From Opitutaceae bacterium (GTDB taxonomy: Bacteria > Verrucomicrobiota > Verrucomicrobiia > Opitutales > Opitutaceae), in contig DASZYH010000234.1 in NCBI GenBank assembly GCA_035545515.1, forward strand, positions 3,020 to 67,019: a stretch of 64,000 nt of DNA, read 5' to 3'. Made by a program: the position numbers and the translations under genes. The first letter of the stretch is position 1. Each line of letters starts with the position of its first letter. A model generated the notes under the pieces. The model was not told the DNA's origin. It saw only the letters and a list, made by a program, of their open reading frames with translations, and did not search any database. This document shows positions 42,701-51,836 of this stretch, one piece after another.

Positions 42701-42951
42701 GCCGGCGACTATAGCAGGAACTGCGCGGGATGGGTTAGGGCGGATCAGTCGATAAATCGGCCCTACGCCCGTTAGGGCCGTTCGGCCCCTGAGCGTTGTT
42801 GCGCCTGGCGCCAGGTCTCCGCGTGGAGTACCTGGCACACGTCATGTCATGGACATCGTGCGGCAGTTAATACTCAGTCGCCCAACGCAGTGCGCGATGT
42901 GGAAGCGTGGTCATTGGCAGGCGCGAGTTGCCGCCGGGCGGGCTTCCATGA

Positions 42952-43419
42952 TCAGGCTGGGGCTCCGACAAGTTCGATTCCATGCCGGAGACAGATGGCC
43001 GCGCCACGTTCGGGGGTAAACGTCCCGGTGGCGATCTCGCCCGCGACGTCGCGGAAAAATGCCTCGTGCCCGGCGGGGGTGCCAATGATCAGTACGCTTC
43101 CGTTTTCGGGTCCGACGCAGGTGAAGGCATGACTCGCGCCGCGGGGCACGAAGGCGAAGTCGCCGGGGTGGAGCCGCTGCCTGACACCGTCACAATCGAG
43201 GTCGAACGCTCCCGCCAGCACGTGAAACATCTCGTCCTGGCCGGCATGCCGGTGCGGCGGCGCGCCGGATCCGGCGGGCGCCGTGGCGCGATAGACCGCC
43301 ATTTCGCCGTCGGTCTGGCTGCCATCGAGGAGTACTTCGACGTCGACGCCGAATACGGGAAGCTTGGGGGCCGCGCCGGCGCGCAGCACGAGGGGGGTGG
43401 ACAATCGGGGATTCTTCAT
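42952..43419 (-). CDS. Cupin domain protein (quercetinase-like)
   Basis: PPHRHAGQDEMFHVLAG...VPRGASHAF. Confidence 0.85.
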   Translation of the reverse strand: MKNPRLSTPLVLRAGAAPKLPVFGVDVEVLLDGSQTDGEMAVYRATAPAGSGAPPHRHAGQDEMFHVLAGAFDLDCDGVRQRLHPGDFAFVPRGASHAFTCVGPENGSVLIIGTPAGHEAFFRDVAGEIATGTFTPERGAAICLRHGIELVGAPA

Positions 43420-43433
43420 TTTGGTTAGAACGT

Positions 43434-43468
43434 CTGACCAACTCGTCAGGGCCTCTGACTAATGTCAA
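43434..43468. promoter_or_regulatory. Candidate MarR operator(s) in divergent promoter
   Basis: CTGAC-N6-GTCAG at 43434-43449 and CTGAC-N4-GTCAA at 43455-43468. Confidence 0.4.
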
Positions 43469-43483
43469 CGTGCTTTTTTAACC

Positions 43484-43954
43484 ATGGAAACGGATTCACC
43501 CAGCATCACGGAACTCGCCGACACCCTGGGCGCCCGCCTGCGCGCGCCTTATCGCCGGCTGCAGCGGCGGCTCTACGGCAGCCTCGAGCTGAGGTTTCCG
43601 GATATCCGACGTGCGCATAGCGTCGTCTTCCGGCACATCGGCCCCGATGGCTCGCGCCTGACCGACCTGGCCGCGCAGGCGGAGATGACCAAGCAGAGCA
43701 TGGCGTATTTGATCGGGCATCTCGAGGCGCACGGCTACCTCCACCAGACGAACCACCCGGAGGACGGCCGCGCGACCCTGGTGAAGTTGACGGCCAAGGG
43801 GCGGCGGTTCGTCGAGACTGCTGCCGCGGCGAGCCGTGAACTGGAAGCAGAGGTAGCGGCCGAACTGGGAAAGGCGCGTGTCGCCCAATTGCGCGAACTG
43901 CTCGTCGCCCTCGACCAGGCCCTGGCGAAGTCGGCGGAGGACGCCGCCGGCTGA
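43484..43954 (+). CDS. MarR-family regulator
   Basis: LTDLAAQAEMTKQSM, LEAHGY, DGRATLVKLTAKG. Confidence 0.9.
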   Translation: METDSPSITELADTLGARLRAPYRRLQRRLYGSLELRFPDIRRAHSVVFRHIGPDGSRLTDLAAQAEMTKQSMAYLIGHLEAHGYLHQTNHPEDGRATLVKLTAKGRRFVETAAAASRELEAEVAAELGKARVAQLRELLVALDQALAKSAEDAAG

Positions 43955-44230
43955 TGGGGGCCAGCCACGCGGCCCCTCAAGCCGCCGATGGCGCAGTCCC
44001 GGACCTTGCCGACACGCTTCTCGGCTCCACGGGCCGGACAGAATTGGCCGGCGCCTGGACCGGTCGGAACGACCCTATGGTCGGAACGCGTGCCTCCGTA
44101 ATGAATTGTAATCTCCGCGGCGCCGGAGCCGGGGCCTGATTCTTGCGACCGCTCGCCTTCGGCATCGGCACCACCCCATCTTCCCGATCGTTGTTGAAGG
44201 AGCCGCTGCCTTTCCCGCCGCCCGCGCACC

Positions 44231-44305
44231 TCGATCCAAAGGGACAGACGTCGCTCGATCCATAGGAACGTTACTTGGGGTAAGGCTTCGATCCAAAGCG
44301 ACAGG
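44231..44305. repeat. Three direct repeats TCGATCCA(A/T)AG(G/C)(G/A)AC
   Basis: Copies start at 44231, 44255 and 44288. Confidence 0.7.
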
Positions 44306-44713
44306 TACCTGCGGGCGCGGCACCTGCGCGTGCCGGCGCCGGGTTCCGCCGAGGAGGCGCGCTGGTTCGCCTTCGCCACCGACCTCGCCCGCTCGATGAC
44401 CGGCCGGATCGATATCCTCGGCCTCGTCAACGAGGTGTTCATCGACACGATGCCGCAGGACCTCGAACCGGCGAACGGTGGCGACGCGCCGATGGTGGTG
44501 TTCCTCGAGCGGCTCGCCGACCACCTCCAGCAGGCGAAACTCGAAGGCCGGGCGGGCGCACCGCTGGTGCTCTACGCGGGTGGCTTCACCCGGCTGGATC
44601 TCCCGCGCATGCAGCGCTCGCCGACGGTTGCCGCCCTGGCGCACTGGCTCAGCACCTCGCCGGAGATCGCCGGCGTTGACCTGCACCTGCACCAGCCAAC
44701 TCCCCCCGGCGCC
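44306..44713 (+). pseudogene. Internal fragment of a probable TIM-barrel (clan GH-A-like) gene
   Basis: Gene-like codon usage; GLVNEVF and GVDLHLH motifs; no credible start; runs into the sulfatase 3' end. Confidence 0.4.
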
Positions 44714-46282
44714 TCAGCGCCGGGTCTCCTTCTGGATCGCGGCGAGCTCCCGCGCTAGCTCCGCGACCTTGTCCGGGTGGTCGGCGGCCACGTTGTGTGA
44801 CTCGGTGGGATCATCGACCAGATTGAAGAGGAGGGTCTTCGGGATGATCGAATCCCGGAACCGCGCATCGTTGGGATTGGCCCCGGAACCCATGCCGGAG
44901 GCCTGGGTCGCGACGTTGGCGGGAACGTATTTCCAATCACCCTCGCGCAGCGCGATCGCCCCGGAGATGCCCTGTTCCACGAGGTTGGTCCGTGCCTTGG
45001 CCGATGGTTGCGACAGCAGGAGCGGCAGCGCGTCGATGCTGTCGATGCCTGCGTCCGGCGGCAGTGGTTGCCCGGTAAGGTCCGCGGCGGTCGCGAGCAG
45101 ATCGGTCAGGCAGATCATTCCGGATGACTCTCCGGGCCGAATGTGTCCGGGCCAGCGGGCGATGAACGGCACGCGCATGCCACCTTCGTAGATGAGGTAC
45201 TTCCAGCCGCGGAGCCCGCCGGCGGGTTCATGCGAGCCGTTCTTTTCCTGCGCGCCATCGTAGTAACCGTCGAAAAGGATGGGGCCGTTGTCGCTGCTCA
45301 GAATCACGAGCGTGTTCTTCGTCAGGTCGAGTCGGTCGAGGGTGTGGAGGATTCGGCCGACGACCCAGTCGAATTCGGCGATGCTGTCGCCGCGCGGGCC
45401 AAGATCGGTGTCGCCCCGGAATCGCGGACCGGGCACGCGCGGGACGTGCGGTTCGTGGGCGGCGTAATAGAGGAAGAACGGGTGGTCGCGGTTTTGTTCG
45501 ATGAAATGCGTGGCCTGCGCGAGGAGAGTGTCGGCCATCGCCTCGTCGACCCAGCGGGCGGCGTGCCCGCCGCTCATGTAGCCAATCCGGCTGATGCCGT
45601 TGATGATCGATTCGGAATGCTGCCGGTCGGCCCCCATTTTCAGCCAGTGCGGGTGCTCGGTTCCGATGGCGCCGCCCGGGAAGGGATGGAGATAGCTGAC
45701 CGAGATCGGGTCGCCGGGATCGAGGCCGACGACGTTGTGGTCCTGGACGAACACGCACGGGACGCGATCCAGGGTGGCCGGGAAGTAGAATGCGTGATCC
45801 AAGCCGATTTCCAGCGGGCCCGGGCTGACCTTGCCGTTCCAATCCACCGGGGTCTGGCCGTCGCCGAGGCCGAGGTGCCATTTGCCGACGAGCCCCGTGG
45901 CGTAGCCGGCGCGCTGAAAGAGGGCGGGGAGGGTCGTGCTGCCGGGATCGATGCTCAACGGGGCGTCGCCGTCGAGGATGCTGGTCTTGCGCGGCGGCTG
46001 CCGCCAGGCGTAGTCGCCGGTAAGGAACGAATAGCGCGACGGCATGCAGGTGGAGGCCGGGGCATAGGCCTGCGTGAACCGAAGCCCCTGCGCGGCGAGC
46101 TGGTCGATCTGCGGCGTCTTGATGGCCTTGGCGCCATAGCAGCCCAGGTCACCGTAGCCCAGGTCGTCGGCCAGGATGACGATGACGTTTGGCCGGTCCG
46201 ATGCCGGGGCGGTTCGGCCCCGGGACGGCGCCATTATGGTAAGGATGCAGACGAGGAGGGGTAGGTGAGGCTTGAGTTTCAC
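44714..46282 (-). CDS. Arylsulfatase-family sulfatase
   Basis: PNVIVILADDLGYGD, CMPSR (CxPxR), GKWHLG, SSDNG; GTG start chosen before signal-like segment. Confidence 0.93.
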   Translation of the reverse strand: MKLKPHLPLLVCILTIMAPSRGRTAPASDRPNVIVILADDLGYGDLGCYGAKAIKTPQIDQLAAQGLRFTQAYAPASTCMPSRYSFLTGDYAWRQPPRKTSILDGDAPLSIDPGSTTLPALFQRAGYATGLVGKWHLGLGDGQTPVDWNGKVSPGPLEIGLDHAFYFPATLDRVPCVFVQDHNVVGLDPGDPISVSYLHPFPGGAIGTEHPHWLKMGADRQHSESIINGISRIGYMSGGHAARWVDEAMADTLLAQATHFIEQNRDHPFFLYYAAHEPHVPRVPGPRFRGDTDLGPRGDSIAEFDWVVGRILHTLDRLDLTKNTLVILSSDNGPILFDGYYDGAQEKNGSHEPAGGLRGWKYLIYEGGMRVPFIARWPGHIRPGESSGMICLTDLLATAADLTGQPLPPDAGIDSIDALPLLLSQPSAKARTNLVEQGISGAIALREGDWKYVPANVATQASGMGSGANPNDARFRDSIIPKTLLFNLVDDPTESHNVAADHPDKVAELARELAAIQKETRR

Positions 46283-46612
46283 AGGAACGAGGGTTGCGCC
46301 GAGATTGGTCTCGGCGGGTGCAGTCGTTGCGGGCGCAACGGAGCGAACATCCCTCATTGCCCGAAACGGGCAAAACTTAGCCAGCGGACACCGAGGGGAT
46401 ATGACGGATTCGGCCCCCTTTGTCCCGGCGGCAGTCCCACGCCTGGTCGAGAGGCCGCGGGGCGACTTCAGCGTGGGGTCGGCGAGATCCGGGGCTCAGC
46501 GCGGCGGCCGTTTGGCCGTCTCCCGCAAGCTGGTTTCGCGCAGAGTTTCATTTTCGCGTGGCGAGACGCGCTCTCCTCGAAACAGGGAAAACGGGGGGCC
46601 GAAAATAGCGGC

Positions 46613-46756
46613 GGTTTAATGTCCGAATCGCCAGGTTTTAATGTCCGATTGTATTATATGATGTTGATGATTAGCTAAATAGGTTACTGTCCGAATGGCG
46701 GGGTTGATGCGCGGATGCATATTCGGACATTAAACCGGCGGGATTCGGACATTACC
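46613..46756. repeat. Cluster of five TAATGTCCGAAT-like motifs in inverted arrangement around an AT-rich core
   Basis: + copies at 46613, 46634, 46682; - copies at 46721, 46743; 46613-46628 is the exact reverse complement of 46721-46736. Confidence 0.8.
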
Positions 46757-46990
46757 GTTTGGCCGACCACTCGCGTGACCAGTGGCGTTCCCACTCGGAC
46801 TACCGCCCGGGTGACCGCTCCGATAATCGCCGACGACACCAGCCGGGCTGCCAGCCACGACGCCGTTCAGGCTACCGCTCAGATTACCGCACAGCTTGCC
46901 GTTCGGAGTACCGCCCACATCACCGCTGGCGCTACCACTCGAGTTACCGCGCGCGTGACCACTGCTAGTGCGGCTGGTTTGGCCGCTGTG
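46751..46990. repeat. Degenerate 12-bp tandem array, ~20 units
   Basis: Units such as GTGACCAGTGGC, ACTACCGCCCGG, GCTACCGCTCAG, ATTACCGCACAG, GTTACCGCGCGC; CC at unit positions 5-6 in 18 of 20 units. Confidence 0.8.
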
Positions 46991-47153
46991 ACATGGCTCA
47001 TTCGGCTGGCGCTGCGCGCCGGCGCACCGCTGAGGCAAGGAGCCGGTTTTGGCGGCAAGGTGCGTGTCGGTCAGACGGTTTGCCGCGTGCTGGTGGCTCC
47101 GTCTTCGGTACGGCACACATACCGGCCGATCGGACCGGTTGCTTTCCTCGAAC

Positions 47154-47174
47154 TTGTCACGTAATACGTGACAA
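47154..47174. promoter_or_regulatory. Perfect palindrome, candidate TF site
   Basis: TTGTCACGTA-A-TACGTGACAA. Confidence 0.45.
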
Positions 47175-47363
47175 ACTGGCGGGAGCGGGGACCGTGGTGA
47201 TTGCTTTGGAAGGGATGACAAGGACCGACGGCTCGGCGACATGAGCGCTTGCCGGCAATGCAGCGTGGACAGTGGCCCCGGTCCGCCCGAACCTGTGGCG
47301 CGTGATGGCGCGGCCACGCCTCGCCTGGTCCGCGATTTCGACTACCCCAAGCCGCATCCCCCC

Positions 47364-47735
47364 ATGACCTACCTTCCGACCGATCTGAACCGTGTTTTTG
47401 CTTCGATTACCACGTTCTGGGATCCGCATATTGCCGGCGAACCTAACGGGCAGCTCGTGAAATGCGCCAAGCTGAAGGGCGAGTTCGTCTGGCACCGGCA
47501 CGAGGACGAGGACGAGTTGTTTCTGGTCCATCGCGGAACGCTTCATCTCCGGCTGCGAGACGGGGAGGTGAGAATCGATCCGGGGCAGTTCTATATCGTG
47601 CCGCGCGGAGTCGAGCACCAGCCGTACGCCGCGGAGGTGTGCGAGGTCGTGCTGTTTGAGCCGGCCTCGACGCTGAACACGGGAAATGTCCGCAACGAAC
47701 TCACGCGGGAGACGCTCAAGCGGGTGCAGACGTAA
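47364..47735 (+). CDS. Cupin domain protein
   Basis: KLKGEFVWHRHEDEDELFLV...VPRGVEHQP. Confidence 0.9.
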   Translation: MTYLPTDLNRVFASITTFWDPHIAGEPNGQLVKCAKLKGEFVWHRHEDEDELFLVHRGTLHLRLRDGEVRIDPGQFYIVPRGVEHQPYAAEVCEVVLFEPASTLNTGNVRNELTRETLKRVQT

Positions 47736-47752
47736 GCCGGCGCACGAAGGCG

Positions 47753-48628
47753 TCAGGCGGCGTGGCGGTGGGCAGGAGCGTGCCGGTGCGTCGTGCGCTT
47801 TTTCTTCGGAGCGGACGCCGGTTTTGCCGTGCGGGAGGCGCCGCCGGACTTGCCCGTCGCGGCCAGGCTTTCCTGGAGAACCTTGACGAGGTCGACGACG
47901 TTGGTGGCCGCGGCGGCGTGCTTCTTGTGGCCGGGAATTTCCTTGCCGCCGGCTTTCACCTTTTCATCGACGAGCTTCATCACGGCGGCCGCGTACTCGT
48001 CCTTGTACTGCTCGGGGTTCCAGTCGGAGCTCATCTGGTTGACGAGCGTCTTCGCCATCTCCTTCTCGCGAGCGCCGATCTTCCGATCGGCCGGGACCTT
48101 GATGGCATCGGCCGGCGCGATCTCGTGTGCAAAATGCATGAGCTCCATCACGAGGAGCGATTTGTCGGCCTTGACTGCGGCGAGATGTTCGCGGTTGCGC
48201 ATCGTCACCTTCGCGATTCCCACCTTGCCGGTCTCGGACAGCACGTCGCGCAGCAACCCATAGGCGCCGCCGCCGCCCTTCATCGGTTCGAGATAGTAGG
48301 GCGTGTGGAAGAAAATGGGGTCGATCTGGTCGAGTTCGACGAAGTCCTGGATCGCGATCGTATCGGTCGAGGTGAGCTCCACGGCGTCAAAGTCCTTGTC
48401 CGTGAAAACGACGAACTTCTCCTTCTCGTACTCGTAACCCTTCACAATGTCGTCCCACGCGACCTCTTTGCCGTCTGCCTCGGCGACCCGTTTGTAGCGG
48501 ATCGGACTGAGGTCGCCCTGACGCAGCATCTTGAACGAAATCTTCTCGGCGCTGGACGTCGCCGGAAACACGGAGATCGGAATCGTCACCAGTCCGAAGC
48601 TGATCGAGCCTTTCCAGATGGGTCTCAT
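47753..48628 (-). CDS. ku: Ku protein (NHEJ)
   Basis: MRPIWKGSISFGLVTIP, IVKGYEY, PYYLEP, NVVDLVKVLQESL plus basic tail. Confidence 0.97.
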   Translation of the reverse strand: MRPIWKGSISFGLVTIPISVFPATSSAEKISFKMLRQGDLSPIRYKRVAEADGKEVAWDDIVKGYEYEKEKFVVFTDKDFDAVELTSTDTIAIQDFVELDQIDPIFFHTPYYLEPMKGGGGAYGLLRDVLSETGKVGIAKVTMRNREHLAAVKADKSLLVMELMHFAHEIAPADAIKVPADRKIGAREKEMAKTLVNQMSSDWNPEQYKDEYAAAVMKLVDEKVKAGGKEIPGHKKHAAAATNVVDLVKVLQESLAATGKSGGASRTAKPASAPKKKRTTHRHAPAHRHAA

Positions 48629-48710
48629 GCGGGGACAGACCCGTGCGCCGGATGAGCGGCGAGCAAATTGTGAATAACTCGGTTTGGCGAGGGGCAGTGA
48701 TGATGAAACG

Positions 48711-48724
48711 TTGATTCGCATCAA
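48711..48724. promoter_or_regulatory. Perfect FNR-consensus palindrome upstream of ku
   Basis: TTGAT-TCGC-ATCAA. Confidence 0.5.
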
Positions 48725-48894
48725 CGACTTACGTGATCGATTCCTCGCTGGAATTGGGGCAGCCGGGTTGGGAGCAACCCGGGGACTTCCGCCGTCGCCA
48801 GTGCCGGGCGAACGGCGCGGGAGCGACCCGCCCGCTCGCTGTAGCGGCGGCCCTCGGGCATCTCATGTCGGGATCGCGCAAACGCGACGCCAGC

Positions 48895-49110
48895 TCAGCG
48901 GGTTCGCTGGATGGGAAACGGGATGACGTTCGACTCGTCGGGAGTCTCGTTTCCGGTGTTCGGCGTAAAAGCCGCTGCGACGGCCGGAAATGCCGCGATG
49001 TTGTCACCTTCCGGCTCGCCCAAGCGGGCTCGCTCGATCAGGTCGCGAAGGAGCGCGCGTTTTCGTGCCAAGGCGGAGGTCCTCATGCGGACGTCAGGCG
49101 AGGTCTTCAT
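48895..49110 (-). CDS. Small hypothetical protein
   Basis: 71 aa; C-terminal NVIPFP motif; co-oriented with neighbours. Confidence 0.5.
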   Translation of the reverse strand: MKTSPDVRMRTSALARKRALLRDLIERARLGEPEGDNIAAFPAVAAAFTPNTGNETPDESNVIPFPIQRTR

Positions 49111-49170
49111 CAGGGACGGCCGGACGCTGGCAGATCGGAGGGCGGCTGTTCGAGCGAAAAGTAAACGCGT

Positions 49171-49566
49171 TTAAAGGCCGGAGCCGTGAATTGCGGCGAG
49201 GAGCTCGGTCACGGTACTGCCTTTTTCGATGATCGCGTCGACCCCGAGTCGGTGCAGCTTCTCGATCGTTTCTGGAGTCGGCCGGGAGGAAAACACCACG
49301 ATCCGCCCCGGATAATTCGTGGTTCGAAGCCGCCGGACGAACTCGACGCCGTCGACATTCGGCATCTGGCCGTCCGTGACCACAACGTCGTATTTTCCGT
49401 CGTTCGCGAGGATCTTCCTCCAGCCATCCAGGCCGTCGTCCGCCGTCTCGACGACAAAGTTCTCACGGGTGAGCAGTGTCGACAGGACGGTCCGGATCGC
49501 GGGCTCGTCGTCCACGCAAAGCACCCGCTTGCGCGGGGGAGGGGGCATGTCGGAGGGAAGTGACAT
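49171..49566 (-). CDS. Single-domain response regulator
   Basis: LCVDDE, VVTDGQMP, conserved Lys in IEKG. Confidence 0.9.
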   Translation of the reverse strand: MSLPSDMPPPPRKRVLCVDDEPAIRTVLSTLLTRENFVVETADDGLDGWRKILANDGKYDVVVTDGQMPNVDGVEFVRRLRTTNYPGRIVVFSSRPTPETIEKLHRLGVDAIIEKGSTVTELLAAIHGSGL

Positions 49567-49888
49567 GAACGCAGGCCAGACCTGAGTTCGTGCATTCGGT
49601 TTCCGACGTCAAACCCGGCTTTGTAACAGGGTAATCTCCCACCTCCACCGGGTGCTTGGCGAGAAAACGACCGCGCCTTCCAAGCGAATGGCGGGCAAAG
49701 GACACGATGCAACCATCAGTCCGTTGCTACGAATTTGGTTCAAGCGCGAACCGTGGTCTCACGTGCCTCGGCATCCGGCAACCTTTGAGGTTGCACTGGT
49801 TTTTCGCGGGCAGCCGGTCGGCTCAAGAGGGGCCGTCCCGGCCTGGCCGAGGCCGGCTGCCGCGACGTGCGCTGGCCGACGATCCCGC

Positions 49889-50287
49889 TCAGTTGTTGAC
49901 CGATCCGGGATTGGGGGCGGAACTCGCGAAGCGTTCGGTGCCCTCGACCAGTTTCAGTGGCATGATGACCCGCGTTTTCACCGGCTTGCCGTTCTCGAGC
50001 ATTGGCGTGAACCGCCATTGGGCGACCGCCGGCAGGAGGTGTTTTGCGACGGTGTCGGGGACATAGGTGACCATCGCGACCTGATGGGGCACCCCGTGCT
50101 CGTCGAGTTCGAAGGAGACGGTGACGCCGGCATCCTTGAAAGACGGAGGAAGCTGTGTCGGGTGCACAACCTTGACGAGGACCGGAAGCTGTTTGGCAGC
50201 CGGAGCGGCGGTCGGCGCGGCAAACGCGCGGGAGGAGACGAGGGCGCCGGCAAGCGCGGCGGCGAGGAGGAATTTGCTATATTTCAT
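49889..50287 (-). CDS. Secreted TonB C-terminal-like domain protein
   Basis: Signal peptide (SRAFA|); VTVSFELDEHG, AVAQWRFTP..NGKPV. Confidence 0.75.
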   Translation of the reverse strand: MKYSKFLLAAALAGALVSSRAFAAPTAAPAAKQLPVLVKVVHPTQLPPSFKDAGVTVSFELDEHGVPHQVAMVTYVPDTVAKHLLPAVAQWRFTPMLENGKPVKTRVIMPLKLVEGTERFASSAPNPGSVNN

Positions 50288-50368
50288 GGTGGGCGTTGGC
50301 CGAAGTCTGGTCCGGTTGAATCGTGGCGGCCGAATTTCGGTCACGGCGGGAAAACACGGCCATCGCCG

Positions 50369-50394
50369 AAAAGTTACACGGCAAACGTGACAAA
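50369..50394 (-). promoter_or_regulatory. Second copy of the 26-bp motif
   Basis: Minus strand reads TTTGTCAC-GTTTGC-CGTGTAACTTTT, ~80 nt before the TonB-like gene. Confidence 0.5.
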
Positions 50395-50513
50395 ATGATG
50401 ACGGAGTCGGAGTCACCACAATTAGGATACACCGTGGTCCCGCCTTCGGGACGGCCCGCGTCCCGGAGTTGGGACTGATTTCGGCTCGCGTGAGAGCGGG
50501 ATGAAGCGGCGCG

Positions 50514-50837
50514 CTACTCGGAGTCGGCTTCGGGACCGGGCGGCGTGGTCGCCACGTACCAGAACAGCCAAGCGCCGGCGACGGTCAGAACGGCGATAGT
50601 ATAGGCCAGGTTGCGGCCATGCCAGAGGGACTGGAAGGTCTGCGATATTTCAGTCGCGAGGATATTCGCCTTCCCGCCGTATTTCTCGAGTTCGAGATTA
50701 TACTGCTTGGCGGAGAGTGGGTCAGGCGTCCAGCCGGGCTGGGCCGTCGGCGAGGCCGCCATGAAAACCGCGAGCGCCACGCCGAGCCCGGCGAGCAGGA
50801 TAATCGCGGTGATCCGATTGGCAGTTGGACGCTCCAT
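50514..50837 (-). CDS. Small two-TM hypothetical protein
   Basis: Two TM helices around a YGGKAN segment. Confidence 0.7.
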   Translation of the reverse strand: MERPTANRITAIILLAGLGVALAVFMAASPTAQPGWTPDPLSAKQYNLELEKYGGKANILATEISQTFQSLWHGRNLAYTIAVLTVAGAWLFWYVATTPPGPEADSE

Positions 50838-51186
50838 CCGGCGAAGGTATGGGGCGCCGTCCCGAGCGGGAAAACCAATTTTTCTCCGCTGCCAGCCGGT
50901 GGTTCCCGGGGCAGCCGGCGGCCCGCGGGGGGATGATACCCACCGCGCGCGTGGGTCACGACCCCGTGGCGGGCCAGCCGCGAATCCGGCACACTTGGTC
51001 CAGCGATTCGTTCATGGTGCCAAGGCCTCCATCGGCCCCGCCGGCACCCGCGCCCCAGGGCGCCTGCCGGCGGGGTCGATGCTATTTCATTCTATGAGAG
51101 GGGCTCCATGGCACTCCGGTTTGGTGCGTGCGCCAAAGGGCTGGCTGACCATGAGGACGGCGTTCCATCGTTCCTGAATCCCAAGT

Positions 51187-51555
51187 CTATAGCGCAATCC
51201 GGTCGTGGTTTTCCTGGACGAGCCCAATGACGTTACCGAAAGGGTCCACCACCGTGGCGCTGTGGCCGAGTTTCCTGGTTTCGTCATCCGGTGACTGCGG
51301 TGCGGCGCCGGTCTGGATGAAACGGCGCAGGGCGGTTTCGAGATCGTTGACGCGCCAGTAGATGAGTGGAGCCTGCGTGCGCCGCCGACGGGCGCGAGGG
51401 TCGAGGTTCAGGTGCAATTCGTAGCCGCCGCCGTTGAAGACCACGGAACGCGGCTCGATTCGCTCGGGCGCGAATCGGAGGACACTCGTGTACCACGTGC
51501 GGGCGCGGACGAGATTGTTGACGGGAAGGACGATGATGCGGGCGTCGAGAAGCAT
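51187..51555 (-). CDS. VOC/glyoxalase family protein
   Basis: LPVNNLVRARTWY...YWRVNDL...DPFGNVIGL. Confidence 0.85.
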   Translation of the reverse strand: MLLDARIIVLPVNNLVRARTWYTSVLRFAPERIEPRSVVFNGGGYELHLNLDPRARRRRTQAPLIYWRVNDLETALRRFIQTGAAPQSPDDETRKLGHSATVVDPFGNVIGLVQENHDRIAL

Positions 51556-51745
51556 GGCGGGAAACGTCGGTTTCGAGTGGTTTGGGAAGCCGGCCGAAGC
51601 AGGGCGAGTGCCGAGCGGCTCCCGTCAGAATTAGATGCGCTGCGGCGAGAATTCAGTTACGTGCTTCGCTTACGACGAACCCGAGCCGTCCCCAAACAGG
51701 TGGCGGGCGAGTCGCGGCGGCAGAATCAACAGGGCCGCCCGCCAC

Positions 51746-51836
51746 ACCAACTACCAACTACCAACTACCAACTACCAACTACCAACTACCAACTACCAAC
51801 TACCAACCAGTAACTCCTAACTGCGAACTACGAACT
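51746..51836. repeat. (ACCAACT)8 microsatellite plus 5 degenerate units
   Basis: Perfect units 51746-51801, then ACCAACC AGTAACT CCTAACT GCGAACT ACGAACT. Confidence 0.95.

Noticed and set aside
44231-44305. Possible CRISPR mini-array
   Set aside because: Repeats are only ~16 bp, periods are 24 and 33 nt, and no cas genes are present; the 7-bp and 12-bp arrays likewise lack spacers
46641-46669. Chromosomal dif site
   Set aside because: Only a partial match; inner TAA/TTA triplets and 6-bp spacing are not satisfied
47753-48628. Ku without adjacent ligD as a novelty
   Set aside because: Unlinked ku and ligD are common, and ligD may lie outside the window
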